A stretch of 64,000 nucleotides of DNA from Oscillospiraceae bacterium. GTDB taxonomy: Bacteria; Bacillota; Clostridia; Oscillospirales; Ruminococcaceae. Below are positions 8,731 to 19,279 of this stretch, piece after piece. Within the stretch, counting starts at the first letter, position 1. Each line of letters starts with the position of its first letter. The position numbers were made by a program, and so were the translations under genes. The notes under the pieces were generated by a model. It saw only the letters and a list, made by a program, of their open reading frames with translations. It ran no database searches and had not been told where the DNA came from. Where the stretch lies: the NCBI GenBank assembly GCA_036644375.1, contig JAVXQD010000002.1, forward strand, positions 13,897 to 77,896, read 5' to 3'.

Positions 8731-9072
8731 TCAGACAAGTTCGATGATAGCCATTTCAGCGGCGTCACCGCGGCGGGGTCCGATTTTTGTGATTCGGGTA
8801 TAGCCGCCGTTGCGATCACTGTACTTAGGTGCAATTTCGACAAAAAGCTTGTGCGAAACCTCTTCCTTAGTTACATAGGAAAAGACCTGTCTCTTTGCAT
8901 GCAGTGTATCGTTTTTGCCGAGCGTTATAATCTTTTCGGCAACCGAACGAACTTCTTTTGCTCTTGTTACAGTAGTTTCGATCTTACCGTTCTCCAGCAA
9001 AAAAGTTACCATAGCGCGAAGCATAGCTTTGCGCTGGTCGCTTGTTCTGCCGAGCTTTCTCATGCCAGCCAT
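8731..9072 (-). CDS. rplQ: 50S ribosomal protein L17
   Basis: The translation is a clear bL17 and the gene sits in the canonical position after rpoA. Confidence 0.97.
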   Translation of the reverse strand: MAGMRKLGRTSDQRKAMLRAMVTFLLENGKIETTVTRAKEVRSVAEKIITLGKNDTLHAKRQVFSYVTKEEVSHKLFVEIAPKYSDRNGGYTRITKIGPRRGDAAEMAIIELV

Positions 9073-9092
9073 AGCAATTCACTCCTTAAACG

Positions 9093-10043
9093 TTAGTCTT
9101 CCGAGGAGCTGAGGTCAAAGCCCAGCGATTTGAGCTTTCCGATTACCTCTTCCAACGATTTGATTCCGAGGTTGCGCACCTTCATCATGTCGTCCTCGGA
9201 CTTGTTAATCAAGTCTTCGACCGTGTTGATACCCGCTCTCTTGAGGCAGTTAAAGCTGCGCACAGAGAGATCAAGCTCTTCAATGGTCATTTCAAGTACC
9301 TTTTCCTTGCTCTGAACGTCTTTTTCTACAAGGATTTCTGTCTCCATAATATCCTCTGAGAGGTTCATAAACAGGTTGAGGTGCTCACACAGAACCTTAG
9401 CGCCGAGCGAAACAGCCTCTTGTGCAGAGATGGTTTTGTCGGTTTTAACTTCAAGCGTGAGCTTATCATAGTCCGTAATCTGACCAACACGTGTGTTTTC
9501 GACCGTGTAGTTGGCCTTTAGGACCGGGGTATAGATGCTGTCCACAGGGATAACTCCGATCGAGCCTGCAACATTTTGCTTGTTGCGCTCGGACGAAATA
9601 TATCCGCGTCCCTTGTCAAAGGTCAATTCCATTACAAACTTTGCGCCCTTGCCAAGAGTTGCGATGTGCCAGTCGGGTTCAAGAACCTCAAACTCCGAGT
9701 CAGCTTTTATGCTTCCTGCGGTGACCTCGCATTCACCCTCTGCCTCGATGTAAACAGTTTTGGGACCGTCACAATGAAGCTTTGCGGTGATTCCCTTAAC
9801 ATTCAAGACGATTTCCGTAACATCTTCCTTGACGCCTTCTATCGTCGAGAATTCGTGCTGAACGCCGTCAATTTTGATTGATCGAGCTGCAACACCTGGG
9901 AGAGAGGATAGTAGAACTCTTCTAAGACCATTGCCGAGCGTTGTGCCGAAGCCGCGCTCGAGAGGCTCAACGACAAATTTACCGTATGAGCCGTCATTGG
10001 TCATTTCGACAGTTTCTATCTTGGGCTTTTCTATTTCAATCAT
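9093..10043 (-). CDS. rpoA: DNA-directed RNA polymerase alpha subunit
   Basis: 316 aa with NTD and CTD (...[19 protein letters not shown]...) in canonical operon position. Confidence 0.97.
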   Translation of the reverse strand: MIEIEKPKIETVEMTNDGSYGKFVVEPLERGFGTTLGNGLRRVLLSSLPGVAARSIKIDGVQHEFSTIEGVKEDVTEIVLNVKGITAKLHCDGPKTVYIEAEGECEVTAGSIKADSEFEVLEPDWHIATLGKGAKFVMELTFDKGRGYISSERNKQNVAGSIGVIPVDSIYTPVLKANYTVENTRVGQITDYDKLTLEVKTDKTISAQEAVSLGAKVLCEHLNLFMNLSEDIMETEILVEKDVQSKEKVLEMTIEELDLSVRSFNCLKRAGINTVEDLINKSEDDMMKVRNLGIKSLEEVIGKLKSLGFDLSSSED

Positions 10044-10123
10044 TGTAAAACCCTCCTAATAGACGACAATGTCGCCGTTTGTTCGCTTTCCCAATAACCA
10101 TACTTCTTTTACGAAGAATTCTA

Positions 10124-10744
10124 TTATTTAGAATAGAGCTCGACGATGAAGTGTTCTTCGATCTCAAAGTCGATTTCCGAACGCTCGGGCAGGTGTGTTA
10201 CAGTGGCGGTCATCTCGTTCACGTCCATCCAAACGGGCTTCGGGCGGGCGCTGTTTGCTTCGATTGCAAGCTTAATTTTGTCACATTCTGTAGACTTGAC
10301 CGAAACCTTGTCTCCGGCCTTTACGAGGAAAGAGCAGATGTTAACTGTCTCTCCATTGACCTTAAAGTGACGGTGAAGTACAAGCTGACGTGCCTCTTTG
10401 CGCGAATTTGCGAATCCGGCACGATAGACAATGTTGTCCAATCTGCTTTCAAGGATTCTAAGCAGATTCTCGCCGGTGACACCGTTTTGGCGCTCTGCCA
10501 TATCGAAATATTTTGCGAATTGGCTTTCGAGCACCCCATAATATCTTTTTGCTTTTTGCTTGGTGCGCAGCTGAATGCCGTACTCCGACGTTTTCTTGCG
10601 TCCCTGTCCCTGACCATGCTGTCCGGGTGCATAGCTTCTGCGTGCAAAAGCGCACTTGTCCGAGTAGCAGCGCTCGCCCTTCAGAAAGAGTTTTTCACCC
10701 TCCCTGCGGCAGTTTCTGCATACGGCACCGGTATATCTTGCCAT
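10124..10744 (-). CDS. rpsD: 30S ribosomal protein S4 (Cys-containing form)
   Basis: [31 protein letters not shown]... is the uS4 N-terminus with a Cys cluster. Confidence 0.97.
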   Translation of the reverse strand: MARYTGAVCRNCRREGEKLFLKGERCYSDKCAFARRSYAPGQHGQGQGRKKTSEYGIQLRTKQKAKRYYGVLESQFAKYFDMAERQNGVTGENLLRILESRLDNIVYRAGFANSRKEARQLVLHRHFKVNGETVNICSFLVKAGDKVSVKSTECDKIKLAIEANSARPKPVWMDVNEMTATVTHLPERSEIDFEIEEHFIVELYSK

Positions 10745-10765
10745 AAGGTTATATCCTCCTGTAAA

Positions 10766-11176
10766 TTATACGCGACGTCTTTTAGGCGGGCGGCATCCGT
10801 TGTGGGGAATGGGGGTAACATCCTTGATCAAGTTTACCTCCAAGCCGGTGGCCTGCAAGGCGCGAATCGCAGCCTCACGTCCCGAGCCGGGTCCTTTTAC
10901 GAATACCTCCACGGTTTTCATGCCATGCTCCATCGCTGCCTTTGCGGCAACCTCAGCAGCCATCTGAGCTGCAAACGGTGTGGATTTACGCGAGCCCTTA
11001 AAGCCCAATCCGCCGGCGCTTGCCCATGATATGGCATTACCGCTAACGTCGGTAATTGTGACAATAGTGTTGTTGAATGTGGCCTGAATGTGTGCAGCAC
11101 CGCGTTCAATGTTCTTCTTTTCGCGGCGTTTATGTGTGCCCGCCGCAGCTTTTCCTTTGGTTTGTTTAACTGCCAT
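10766..11176 (-). CDS. rpsK: 30S ribosomal protein S11
   Basis: uS11 signature ...[15 protein letters not shown]... Confidence 0.97.
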   Translation of the reverse strand: MAVKQTKGKAAAGTHKRREKKNIERGAAHIQATFNNTIVTITDVSGNAISWASAGGLGFKGSRKSTPFAAQMAAEVAAKAAMEHGMKTVEVFVKGPGSGREAAIRALQATGLEVNLIKDVTPIPHNGCRPPKRRRV

Positions 11177-11196
11177 TGTTCTCGAACTGCCTCCTT

Positions 11197-11565
11197 TTAT
11201 TTCTTCTTGTTGGCTATCGTTCTCTTCGGTCCCTTACGTGTACGAGCATTGGTTTTTGACCTCTGTCCGCGAACGGGGAGACCTTTACGGTGACGTACAC
11301 CGCGATAGCAGCCTATTTCGACCAAACGTTTGATATCAAGCGAAACGTTACGGCGGAGGTCACCCTCTACTGTAAGGTTTTTATCGATATAATCGCGAAG
11401 CAACTGCAGATCATTGTCGTTGATATCCTTTACACGGACGTCAGGATTAACTCCTGTATCAGCGAGGATTTTCTGTGCAGTGCTAAGGCCGATACCAAAG
11501 ATATAGGTAAGTCCTATTTCGATCCGCTTTTCTCTCGGCAGATCGACACCAGCAATACGCGCCAT
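11197..11565 (-). CDS. rpsM: 30S ribosomal protein S13
   Basis: [26 protein letters not shown]... matches uS13. Confidence 0.97.
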   Translation of the reverse strand: MARIAGVDLPREKRIEIGLTYIFGIGLSTAQKILADTGVNPDVRVKDINDNDLQLLRDYIDKNLTVEGDLRRNVSLDIKRLVEIGCYRGVRHRKGLPVRGQRSKTNARTRKGPKRTIANKKK

Positions 11566-11600
11566 TTATATTTCCTCCGGTTGTTCGTTGTGAGCGTCTC

Positions 11601-11714
11601 TTAACCTTGACGCTGCTTGTGCTTGGGATTCTGGCAGATAATCATAACTTTGCCGTGACGTTTGATTACCTTGCACTTTTCGCAGATTGGTTTAACGGAA
11701 GGTCTGACCTTCAT
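11601..11714 (-). CDS. rpmJ: 50S ribosomal protein L36
   Basis: Not in the ORF track (under 60 aa). My hand translation of the minus strand gives [37 protein letters not shown], between infA and rpsM. Confidence 0.93.
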   Translation of the reverse strand: MKVRPSVKPICEKCKVIKRHGKVMIICQNPKHKQRQG

Positions 11715-11744
11715 GATAATTACCTCCTGAGGTTTTTATCTGCG

Positions 11745-11963
11745 CTACTTCGAGCGCCATGTGATGCGGCCCTTTGTAAGGTCATACGGCGACATTTCCA
11801 CCGTCACCTTGTCCCCGGCCAGTATGCGGATGAAATTCATGCGCAGCTTGCCGGAAATGTGGGCATTAATTCTGTGTCCGTTGGGCAGTTCAACAAGGAA
11901 TGTTGCGTTCGGCAATACTTCCTTAACGACGCCCTCTAATTCCAAAACATCGTCTTTTGACAA
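11745..11963 (-). CDS. infA: Translation initiation factor IF-1
   Basis: 72-aa S1-like fold: ...[47 protein letters not shown]. Confidence 0.97.
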   Translation of the reverse strand: MSKDDVLELEGVVKEVLPNATFLVELPNGHRINAHISGKLRMNFIRILAGDKVTVEMSPYDLTKGRITWRSK

Positions 11964-11966
11964 GTC

Positions 11967-12230
11967 CTAACCCTCCCTTGACGGTATGTCGCTGTAAAAT
12001 CGCGATTTTATATCGGCATACAGCAGTTTGTCGCTTGACAGTACATGTTGGGTAAATATGGTACTCGTGGCACCCAGGTGCCTAAGTTTTTTGCGCTTTG
12101 GCTTGTCTATTTTTCTTAAATCTCCGTCTGCAATCATAGCAAAATCACTATCAAGTTCAAGAACCGCAAAAAAGCGTCCCTTGTCCCGTCCTGCCTTTGA
12201 TACGACTGCGGAGCCCTTTACAATATCCAT
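11967..12230 (-). CDS. Small KOW-domain protein
   Basis: 87 aa; the N-terminus (VKGSAVVSKAGRDKGRFFAV) has a KOW-like motif. It lies between map and infA, a position I recall being occupied by such a gene in many Clostridia. Confidence 0.7.
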   Translation of the reverse strand: MDIVKGSAVVSKAGRDKGRFFAVLELDSDFAMIADGDLRKIDKPKRKKLRHLGATSTIFTQHVLSSDKLLYADIKSRFYSDIPSREG

Positions 12231-12245
12231 TATATCCGTTTCCTC

Positions 12246-13004
12246 CTATTCGGCGGTGAGGATAATCGGACCGTTGTCCGTTATGGCTATTGAATATTCA
12301 AAGTGTGCCGATAGCCCTCCGTCCTTGGTAACGACCGTCCAGTCATTGTCAAGAACCTCGACCTTAAAGGTACCCTCGTTTACCATCGGTTCTATCGCTA
12401 TCGTCATGCCGGGAACAAGCCTTATGCCATGTCCCGCCTTGCCGTAGTTCGGAACCTCCGGTGCTTCATGCAGCTCGTGTCCTACGCCGTGCCCGACAAA
12501 ATCGCGCACTACGGAAAAGCCGTTTTGTTCAACATAAGACTGCACTGCGTTGCTTATGTCTCCGATTCGGTTTCCCTTTACCGCAACGGCAACAGCCCGC
12601 TTGAGGCTTTCGAGTGTGACATCCATCAGCTTTTGAGCTTTCGGAGACACCTGTCCGACCGCAAAGGTTGCCGCGTTGTCGCCGTGGAATCCTTTGTAAC
12701 ACGCACCTACATCAATGCTCACTATATCGCCCTCGCACACAACGGTTTGTCCGTCCGGAATACCGTGTATAACCTGATTGTTAATCGAGATACACGCGGT
12801 TTTCGGAAATCCCTCGTAATGCAGAAAAGACGGGATTGCATCCTGTGACAGGATATATTTTCGCACCTCATCGTCTATGTGTGCGGTGGTCACACCCGGT
12901 TTAAGTGCTTGTTTTGCAATCCTAAGCGCTCCGGCAGAAATACGACCCGCTTCTTTCATCGTTTCGAGTTCCTTAGCCGTTTTGAGAACTATCATTTTTT
13001 TCAC
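12246..13004 (-). CDS. map: Type I methionine aminopeptidase
   Basis: Metal-ligand motifs are present (...DIVSIDVGA..., ...GHGVGHELHE..., ...IAIEPM...). Confidence 0.95.
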   Translation of the reverse strand: MKKMIVLKTAKELETMKEAGRISAGALRIAKQALKPGVTTAHIDDEVRKYILSQDAIPSFLHYEGFPKTACISINNQVIHGIPDGQTVVCEGDIVSIDVGACYKGFHGDNAATFAVGQVSPKAQKLMDVTLESLKRAVAVAVKGNRIGDISNAVQSYVEQNGFSVVRDFVGHGVGHELHEAPEVPNYGKAGHGIRLVPGMTIAIEPMVNEGTFKVEVLDNDWTVVTKDGGLSAHFEYSIAITDNGPIILTAE

Positions 13005-13639
13005 TCCTCTATAGCGGCCAGAGTGGCGCGGGTTGTATCCGCAATCTCCTCCTGGCCATCGACTATACGGAGCTTGCCCTTTGCTCTGTAGTAATCCTTA
13101 AGCTGTTCGGTGGTTTCATGATAAACCTTTAAACGTGTGTTGACTGTCGATTCTTCGTCGTCGGCTCTGATAATCAAAGCCTCCCCGCATTTGTCACAAA
13201 TGTTTTCCCGTGAGGGAACCTTGTATTGAATGTGGTACGACGAGCCGCACTTAGGACAGGTTCTGCGACCTGTTATACGTGCGACAATCTTGTTGTCGGG
13301 AACCTCGATGCTGACAACTCTGTCAACCTTAACGCCCATCTCATCAAGCGCGTCTGCTTGCGCAACGGTACGAGGGACGCCGTCCAGAATAAATCCGTCG
13401 GCGCAGTCCTCTTTGCCGAGACGCTCTTTTATGATGCCGATTATGACCTCGTCGGGAACCAGCCTGCCGCAGTCCATAAAACCTTTTGCCTGAACTCCGA
13501 GCTCGGTCTCGTTCCTTACAGCTTCCTTTAGAATATTTCCGGTGCTTATAATGGGGATTGACAGGCGTTCCGATATAATCTCAGCCTGCGTTCCCTTACC
13601 CGCGCCGGGTGCTCCTAACAGTATCAGCTTCAAACTCAC
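13001..13639 (-). CDS. adk: Adenylate kinase (zinc-lid form)
   Basis: GAPGAGKGTQ P-loop; lid with CPKCGSSYH...CDKCG; 4-nt overlap with map. Confidence 0.96.
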   Translation of the reverse strand: MSLKLILLGAPGAGKGTQAEIISERLSIPIISTGNILKEAVRNETELGVQAKGFMDCGRLVPDEVIIGIIKERLGKEDCADGFILDGVPRTVAQADALDEMGVKVDRVVSIEVPDNKIVARITGRRTCPKCGSSYHIQYKVPSRENICDKCGEALIIRADDEESTVNTRLKVYHETTEQLKDYYRAKGKLRIVDGQEEIADTTRATLAAIEE

Positions 13640-13646
13640 TCACCTC

Positions 13647-14969
13647 TTATTCAAGGAATCCCTTGTGGTGGCGCATGAGCATATAGGACTCAAGAGTATT
13701 GGAAATTTCGAGTGCAACGCCGACCAAAATCAAAACCGAGGTGCCGCCCAGTGCTATCTGGATATGCGTCAGCTTGGTGACTATAATCGGGAGTGTCGCA
13801 ACCAAAACCAGGAATATGCCGCCAATAAGGGTTATTTTTGTAACTACCCTTGCAATGAAATCGGACGTGGGCTTGCCCGGACGAATTCCGGGAATTGTGC
13901 CCGAGTTTTTGCGAAGGTCGTTAGCAATCGAGACAGGATTGTACTGAACCGCAACATAGAAAAAGTTGAAGCCCATAATCAACACTGCATAGACTACCGC
14001 ATAGCCCCAGTTGTTGGTGCTGAACCAACCGAGGAAGGTTCCCCAAAAGCCCGTGGTAATACCGAAGAAATCCTTGATAGTGCCCGGAACCGAGAGGAAA
14101 GCCGATGCGAAAATAACAGGAAGAACACCTGTCATATTGACCTTTATCGGGATGTTTGTCGACTGACCGCCATACATTTTGCGTCCGACAACGCGCTTTG
14201 CGTATTGAACCGGAATGCGGCGCTCAGCTGCCGTCACAACGATGACCAAAACGAACATCGCCGCGAACATCAGCAGAATCAGCGGAAGCAGCACATAGTT
14301 TGCGGGACGTGCCGGTAAAAGCGCACCGCCCTGCTCCAGCGTGCCTGCCGCCTGCTTAAAGTAAGAGATAAGCTGCGGAAACACTGTTGCGAGGTTCGAC
14401 AGGATGCCTGCAAAAATGATGAGCGAGATACCGTTTCCGATACCCTTTACATCAATCTGCTCACCGAGCCACATAAGCAGGACTGCGCCCGCCGTAAATG
14501 AGGCGATGATGACAATTGCCGAGAATATCCCCGGGAAGCCCTCTGTGTAAATAAGCGCGCCCTGACGTTTGACAAGCAGATAGTAAACGTAGGACAGCAC
14601 AAGCGATATTGCGATTGAGGAATATCTTGTGAGCAGGTTAGCCTTGCGGCGGCCCTCCTCACCCTCTTTTGACCAACGCTCGAGAGCGGGTATTACCACC
14701 TGAAGGAGCTGGATGATAATTGATGCGTTGATGTAGGGCGTGACGCCCAGCGCAAACAGTGTTGCGTTTGAGAAGCTGCCGCCTGTCATCATGTTGAAGA
14801 AACCGAAAATGGTTCCCTCTGTATTCATTGTGGCCTGCAGTGTCGCTCCGTTGATAAACGGAACAACTATTGCCGCGCCAAAACGAAATATTACCAGGAT
14901 GAACAGAGTGAATATAATCTTCTTGCGAAGATCGTCGATTTTCCAAGCGTTTTTAAATGTTTGGAACAT
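13647..14969 (-). CDS. secY: Preprotein translocase subunit SecY
   Basis: 440-aa polytopic protein in canonical position between rplO and adk. Confidence 0.96.
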   Translation of the reverse strand: MFQTFKNAWKIDDLRKKIIFTLFILVIFRFGAAIVVPFINGATLQATMNTEGTIFGFFNMMTGGSFSNATLFALGVTPYINASIIIQLLQVVIPALERWSKEGEEGRRKANLLTRYSSIAISLVLSYVYYLLVKRQGALIYTEGFPGIFSAIVIIASFTAGAVLLMWLGEQIDVKGIGNGISLIIFAGILSNLATVFPQLISYFKQAAGTLEQGGALLPARPANYVLLPLILLMFAAMFVLVIVVTAAERRIPVQYAKRVVGRKMYGGQSTNIPIKVNMTGVLPVIFASAFLSVPGTIKDFFGITTGFWGTFLGWFSTNNWGYAVVYAVLIMGFNFFYVAVQYNPVSIANDLRKNSGTIPGIRPGKPTSDFIARVVTKITLIGGIFLVLVATLPIIVTKLTHIQIALGGTSVLILVGVALEISNTLESYMLMRHHKGFLE

Positions 14970-14971
14970 CG

Positions 14972-15409
14972 TTACATCACCTCGGCCTTCCCGCCGGCCG
15001 TTTCAATTTTGCTCTTGGCTGTTTCGGAAAAAGCAGTCAGCTGAACTGTGAGCTTTTTTGTCAGCTCGCCGTTGCCGAGAACTTTAATGCCGTCCAAGTG
15101 CTTTTTGACCAATCCGGATTCTACAACGGTCTTTGCATCAACTACTGTGCCGTCTTCAAATTTGTTGAGGTCTGAAACATTGATCGTTGCGTATTTAGTT
15201 GCAAAAATATTGTGGAAGCCGCGTTTTGGAATGCGGCGAACGAGAGGCAGCTGGCCGCCCTCGAAGTACGCCGGCTTATGACCGGAACGTGCGAGCTGAC
15301 CTTTGTGGCCTTTTCCGGCTGTTTTTCCATTGCCGGAGCCTGCGCCGCGTCCTTTGCGTTTTGCTTCGCTTGTTGAACCCTCTGCGGGTTGTAATTCGTG
15401 GAGCTTCAT
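14972..15409 (-). CDS. rplO: 50S ribosomal protein L15
   Basis: [12 protein letters not shown]...[19 protein letters not shown]... matches uL15. Confidence 0.96.
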   Translation of the reverse strand: MKLHELQPAEGSTSEAKRKGRGAGSGNGKTAGKGHKGQLARSGHKPAYFEGGQLPLVRRIPKRGFHNIFATKYATINVSDLNKFEDGTVVDAKTVVESGLVKKHLDGIKVLGNGELTKKLTVQLTAFSETAKSKIETAGGKAEVM

Positions 15410-15429
15410 GTGGAATGCACCTCCTTGCT

Positions 15430-15909
15430 TTATGCTTCGGTTACTTCTACCAAGTGTATTATCTTGGTGATTTTTCCGCGTGTCGCAGCATTATCGGGCT
15501 GAACGGTTACATCGCCGATTTTGCGAAGCCCGAGGGACTTTGCAGTAGCTATCTGCTGGTCGAGACGACCCGCAAAGCTCTTTATCAGACGAATTGTAAT
15601 ACCCTCTGCCTTTTTCTTCTGCGGTGCTGCTTTCTTCACAGGTGTAGACACCTTTGCTTCCACAGCCTTCACTTCTGTTGCTTTAGCCGCAGCCTCAGCC
15701 TTTTTCGGTGCAGCCTTCTTAGCGGGAGCTTTCGCTTCCCCCGTGACGGCCGCTGCCTTTTTTGCGGGAGCCTTTGTATCGGCAGCCGCTTTGGTTGTTG
15801 CAGCTTTAGCTGTTGCAGTTTTTTTCGCTGTTGTGGAGGCTGTCTTTTTGGCAGCCGGTTTCTTCTCTGCTACTGCCTCTTGTGCGACAGCTGTTTTCTC
15901 TGTTGCCAT
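15430..15909 (-). CDS. rpmD: 50S ribosomal protein L30 with a ~100-aa Ala/Lys/Thr/Pro-rich N-terminal extension (an alternative short form could start at GTG 15639)
   Basis: The C-terminal 57 aa ([57 protein letters not shown]) are uL30. The frame stays open upstream to ATG 15909, which has AAGGAGG (complement of 15920-15926) 10 nt upstream. Confidence 0.8.
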   Translation of the reverse strand: MATEKTAVAQEAVAEKKPAAKKTASTTAKKTATAKAATTKAAADTKAPAKKAAAVTGEAKAPAKKAAPKKAEAAAKATEVKAVEAKVSTPVKKAAPQKKKAEGITIRLIKSFAGRLDQQIATAKSLGLRKIGDVTVQPDNAATRGKITKIIHLVEVTEA

Positions 15910-15924
15910 GTGGACTATTCCTCC

Positions 15925-16425
15925 TTAACCCAAGATTTCTTTTGGGGTTTTGCCGCGAACAGCCGCCACCTCTTCGACATTGCGAAGTGATTTAAGTCCG
16001 TTGATTGTCGCGGTAACAACATTGTTCGGATTGTTCGAACGGAGCGACTTTGTACGAATGTCGCTGATTCCCGCCGCTTCCATAACGGCACGAACGGGTC
16101 CGCCCGCGATAACTCCCGTACCGGGTCCTGCCGGCTTCAGAAGAACGCGGCCTGCGCCGAAGGTTCCGATTACTTCATGGGGAATTGTTGTTCCCTTAAG
16201 TGATACTCTTGTAATATTTTTCTTTGCGTCCTCAAGTCCCTTGCGGATTGCTTCGGGAACTTCGCCCGCTTTTCCGAGTCCAAAGCCTACGATGCCATTG
16301 CCGTCTCCGACAACAACGAGAGCCGAGAACTTGAAAATACGACCGCCCTTGACGGTTTTGGATACGCGGTTAATAGTAACAACCTTTTCTTTAAGGTCGA
16401 GTGTTGATGCGTCCAGTCTTTCCAA
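15925..16425 (-). CDS. rpsE: 30S ribosomal protein S5
   Basis: uS5 motifs (...[30 protein letters not shown]...). Confidence 0.97.
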   Translation of the reverse strand: MERLDASTLDLKEKVVTINRVSKTVKGGRIFKFSALVVVGDGNGIVGFGLGKAGEVPEAIRKGLEDAKKNITRVSLKGTTIPHEVIGTFGAGRVLLKPAGPGTGVIAGGPVRAVMEAAGISDIRTKSLRSNNPNNVVTATINGLKSLRNVEEVAAVRGKTPKEILG

Positions 16426-16440
16426 AATTTTTCTCCTCCC

Positions 16441-16800
16441 TTAAAACTTCAGGCCGCCATCACGAGCACCCTCGGCGAGAGCCTTTACGCGTCCGTGATA
16501 GATGAAACCGCCGCGGTCAAAGACCACTTTGGTTATGCCAAGCTTAACTGCTCTTTCGGCAATAGCCTTGCCGACCTTTGATGCCTCTTCAGCGTTGCCG
16601 CTTGAAGCTCCGAAGCCCTTGTCAAGAGACGAGGCCGAGCAAAGTGTAACACCTGCAACATCGTCGATAACCTGAGCGTAGATGTGCTTTGCGGAGCGGA
16701 AAACATTAAGGCGCGGACATTCGTTAGTGCCGCTGATTTTGCCGCGGACACGTTTGTGTCTTTGCAGACGTTGCTTATTGCTGTCGCGTTTTGTAACCAT
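16441..16800 (-). CDS. rplR: 50S ribosomal protein L18
   Basis: uL18 (...[18 protein letters not shown]...[23 protein letters not shown]). Confidence 0.97.
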   Translation of the reverse strand: MVTKRDSNKQRLQRHKRVRGKISGTNECPRLNVFRSAKHIYAQVIDDVAGVTLCSASSLDKGFGASSGNAEEASKVGKAIAERAVKLGITKVVFDRGGFIYHGRVKALAEGARDGGLKF

Positions 16801-16821
16801 AATTCTTCAGCACTCCTTTCC

Positions 16822-17364
16822 TTATTTACCTTTGCCTGCTTTGCCTTCTTTGCGAGCAACGAACTCGCCGGCATAGCGGATGCCCTTGCCCTTATAAGGC
16901 TCGGGAGGACGTTTTTCACGGATATTGGCCGCAAACTGACCGACCTTTTGCTTGTCAATACCATGGACGATAATCTTGTTTGGAGCCGGAACCTCGATTG
17001 TAATGTCCTCGTTATCACTCAATATTACCTGATGTGAAAATCCGAGGTTCATGACAAGATCCTTACCCTGCTTTGCGGCACGGTAACCGACACCCTGGAT
17101 CTCAAGCTCCTTTTGGAATCCGGCGGTTACGCCGTCAACCATGTTGCTGATAAGGGTTCGCGTCAAGCCGTGCAGCGAACGGTATTCCTTATCATCCGAG
17201 GGACGTGCTACGGTAATTTCACCGTTTTCCATGCTCAATTTCATGCTCGGGCGAAAGCTCTGTGTCAGAGTGCCCTTCGGTCCCTTGACCGTAACTGTGT
17301 TTCCCTCGATTTTTACGTCGACTCCGGCGGGAACGGATATCGCTTTTCTACCAATTCTCGACAT
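16822..17364 (-). CDS. rplF: 50S ribosomal protein L6
   Basis: [31 protein letters not shown]... matches uL6. Confidence 0.97.
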   Translation of the reverse strand: MSRIGRKAISVPAGVDVKIEGNTVTVKGPKGTLTQSFRPSMKLSMENGEITVARPSDDKEYRSLHGLTRTLISNMVDGVTAGFQKELEIQGVGYRAAKQGKDLVMNLGFSHQVILSDNEDITIEVPAPNKIIVHGIDKQKVGQFAANIREKRPPEPYKGKGIRYAGEFVARKEGKAGKGK

Positions 17365-17379
17365 TCTCTTTTACCCTCC

Positions 17380-17778
17380 CTACCACACAAAGGCGAGTAC
17401 TTCACCGCCGACATTGATTGCGCGAGCCTGTTTGTCAGTCATCACGCCTCTCGGTGTCGAAACGATTGCAATACCCAGTCCCTTGAGGACCTTGGGCATT
17501 TTCTCGCAGTTTGTGTAGATGCGAAGACCGGGTTTGCTGACTCTGCGCAATCCTTGAATTGCGGGAGTTTTGTCTTCGCCGTATTTAAGTGTTAATTTTA
17601 TTACGCCTTGTTTGTCGTCGTCCGTTACCTGCATTCCCTTGACATAGCCCTCTTCTACAAGAATCTTGGCAATAGCCTTCTTCATGTTTGAGGACGGGAT
17701 GTCAACAGTATCGTGCTTTGCACTGCTGGCATTACGGACACGAGTCAACAAATCGGCAATCGGGTCTGTGATATGCAT
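17380..17778 (-). CDS. rpsH: 30S ribosomal protein S8
   Basis: [17 protein letters not shown]... matches uS8. Confidence 0.97.
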   Translation of the reverse strand: MHITDPIADLLTRVRNASSAKHDTVDIPSSNMKKAIAKILVEEGYVKGMQVTDDDKQGVIKLTLKYGEDKTPAIQGLRRVSKPGLRIYTNCEKMPKVLKGLGIAIVSTPRGVMTDKQARAINVGGEVLAFVW

Positions 17779-17795
17779 ACTGTTAACCTCCTTTT

Positions 17796-17981
17796 TTACC
17801 AGCTAGCTTTTCTTACGCCTGGGATCTGACCTTTATAAGCCAGCTCTCTGAAACAGATACGGCAAACTCCGTATTTACGGAGATATGCGTGCGGACGTCC
17901 GCAGATTTTGCATCTGTTATATGCGCGTGTCGAAAACTTTGCAGGTGCCTGCTGTCTGTTTTTTAATGATGTCTTAGCCAT
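17796..17981 (-). CDS. rpsN: 30S ribosomal protein S14, short zinc-binding type Z
   Basis: 61 aa with [20 protein letters not shown]. Confidence 0.96.
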   Translation of the reverse strand: MAKTSLKNRQQAPAKFSTRAYNRCKICGRPHAYLRKYGVCRICFRELAYKGQIPGVRKASW

Positions 17982-17995
17982 ATTTTGTCCCCCCG

Positions 17996-18538
17996 TTATT
18001 CTGCGAACGGAGCGCCAAGAGCTCTGAGGAGTTCCTTCGCTTCTTCGTCAGTTTTTGCGGTTGTTACGAAGGCAATATCCATGCCGCGCACCGCGTCGAT
18101 TTTATCATATTCGATTTCGGGGAAAATGAGCTGCTCTTTAAGACCTACCGAATAGTTTCCGCGACCGTCAAAGCTGTTTCCGTTAATTCCGCGGAAATCG
18201 CGGACGCGCGGGAAAGCCACGTTGAAAAGTCTGTCAACGAATTCGTACATCGTGCTGCCGCGAAGTGTTACCTTTGCGCCGATTGGCATACCCTCACGAA
18301 GTTTAAAGTTAGCAACTGATTTCTTTGCATTGCAGACTACGGGAGCCTGACCTGTGATTTTCTTCAAATCACTGATGATAGCATCCATAACCTTTGGGTT
18401 ATCCCTTGCTTCGCCGCATCCGACATTGATTACAACCTTGTCGAGCTTCGGGATTTGCATTACGCTCTTGTAGGAAAATTTCTTCATAAGAGCGGGCGCA
18501 ACCTCATTGAGGTATAATTCTTTAATTCTTGCTGCCAT
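17996..18538 (-). CDS. rplE: 50S ribosomal protein L5
   Basis: uL5 translation in canonical position. Confidence 0.97.
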   Translation of the reverse strand: MAARIKELYLNEVAPALMKKFSYKSVMQIPKLDKVVINVGCGEARDNPKVMDAIISDLKKITGQAPVVCNAKKSVANFKLREGMPIGAKVTLRGSTMYEFVDRLFNVAFPRVRDFRGINGNSFDGRGNYSVGLKEQLIFPEIEYDKIDAVRGMDIAFVTTAKTDEEAKELLRALGAPFAE

Positions 18539-18559
18539 TAATCTCTTACTCCTTCCCTA

Positions 18560-18877
18560 CTAAAACTCTGCGCCGCAGTGCTTGCAAACGCGAACTTTTT
18601 TGCCGTCTTTGTTGACAGCATGTCCGACTCTCGTCGGCTTGTCGCATTTGGGGCACACGGGCATTACCTTGCAAGAATAAAGTGGTGCTTCTGCCTTTAC
18701 CAGGCCGCCTGCCTCACCCTGCTTGCGGGGCTTAACGTGCTTTGTAACGAGGTTTTGACCCTCGATAATAACTTTGCTTTCGTCTCTTGAAACCTGCAAT
18801 ACTTTGCCCTTGTTGCCGCGGTCACGACCTGTCATGATCATAACAGCATCGCCGGTTTTGACGTGAATCTTATTCAT
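18560..18877 (-). CDS. rplX: 50S ribosomal protein L24 with a CxxC...CxxC C-terminal segment
   Basis: KOW motif (GDAVMIMTGRDRGNKGKV); the C-terminus reads CPKCDKPTRVGHAVNKDGKKVRVCKHCGAEF. Confidence 0.96.
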   Translation of the reverse strand: MNKIHVKTGDAVMIMTGRDRGNKGKVLQVSRDESKVIIEGQNLVTKHVKPRKQGEAGGLVKAEAPLYSCKVMPVCPKCDKPTRVGHAVNKDGKKVRVCKHCGAEF

Positions 18878-18889
18878 ATCAATTCCCCC

Positions 18890-19258
18890 TTACAGCACTT
18901 CGGGTGCAAGCGAGAGAATCTTGAGATATTCCTTCTCACGAAGCTCTCTTGCAACCGGTCCGAAGATACGAGTACCAACGGGATTTTTGTCTTCTTTCAC
19001 GATAACCGCCGCGTTTTCATCAAAGCGGATGTAGCTGCCGTCATCACGGCGCGCACCCTTTTTGCTGCGAACAACGACAGCCTTTACCACGTCGCCTTTT
19101 TTGACCGAACCGCCCGGAGCGGCCTTTTTGACTGACGCAACTATCACATCGCCTATGTTGGCGTACCTCTTACGGGAGCCGCCCAACACTCGAATGCACA
19201 TGATTTCCTTTGCACCGGTGTTATCGGCAACCTTGAGGTAAGTCTGCATTTGTACCAC
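18890..19258 (-). CDS. rplN: 50S ribosomal protein L14
   Basis: [28 protein letters not shown]... matches uL14. Confidence 0.97.
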   Translation of the reverse strand: MVQMQTYLKVADNTGAKEIMCIRVLGGSRKRYANIGDVIVASVKKAAPGGSVKKGDVVKAVVVRSKKGARRDDGSYIRFDENAAVIVKEDKNPVGTRIFGPVARELREKEYLKILSLAPEVL

Positions 19259-19279
19259 AGTACTTTCCTCCTTCTCGGC

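Noticed and set aside
10079-11029. 316-aa plus-strand ORF antisense to rpsD/rpsK. Similar long antisense ORFs occur at 13542-14318, 15199-15990, 22832-23458, 26288-27154, 31417-32145, 35441-35983, 42309-43299, 47884-48714, 49522-50400, 52719-53474 and 55473-56411.
   Set aside because: All lie opposite well-supported conserved genes. Their translations are low-complexity and rich in Arg, Cys and Leu, with no SD and no recognisable domains. These are typical shadow ORFs in moderately GC-rich coding DNA.
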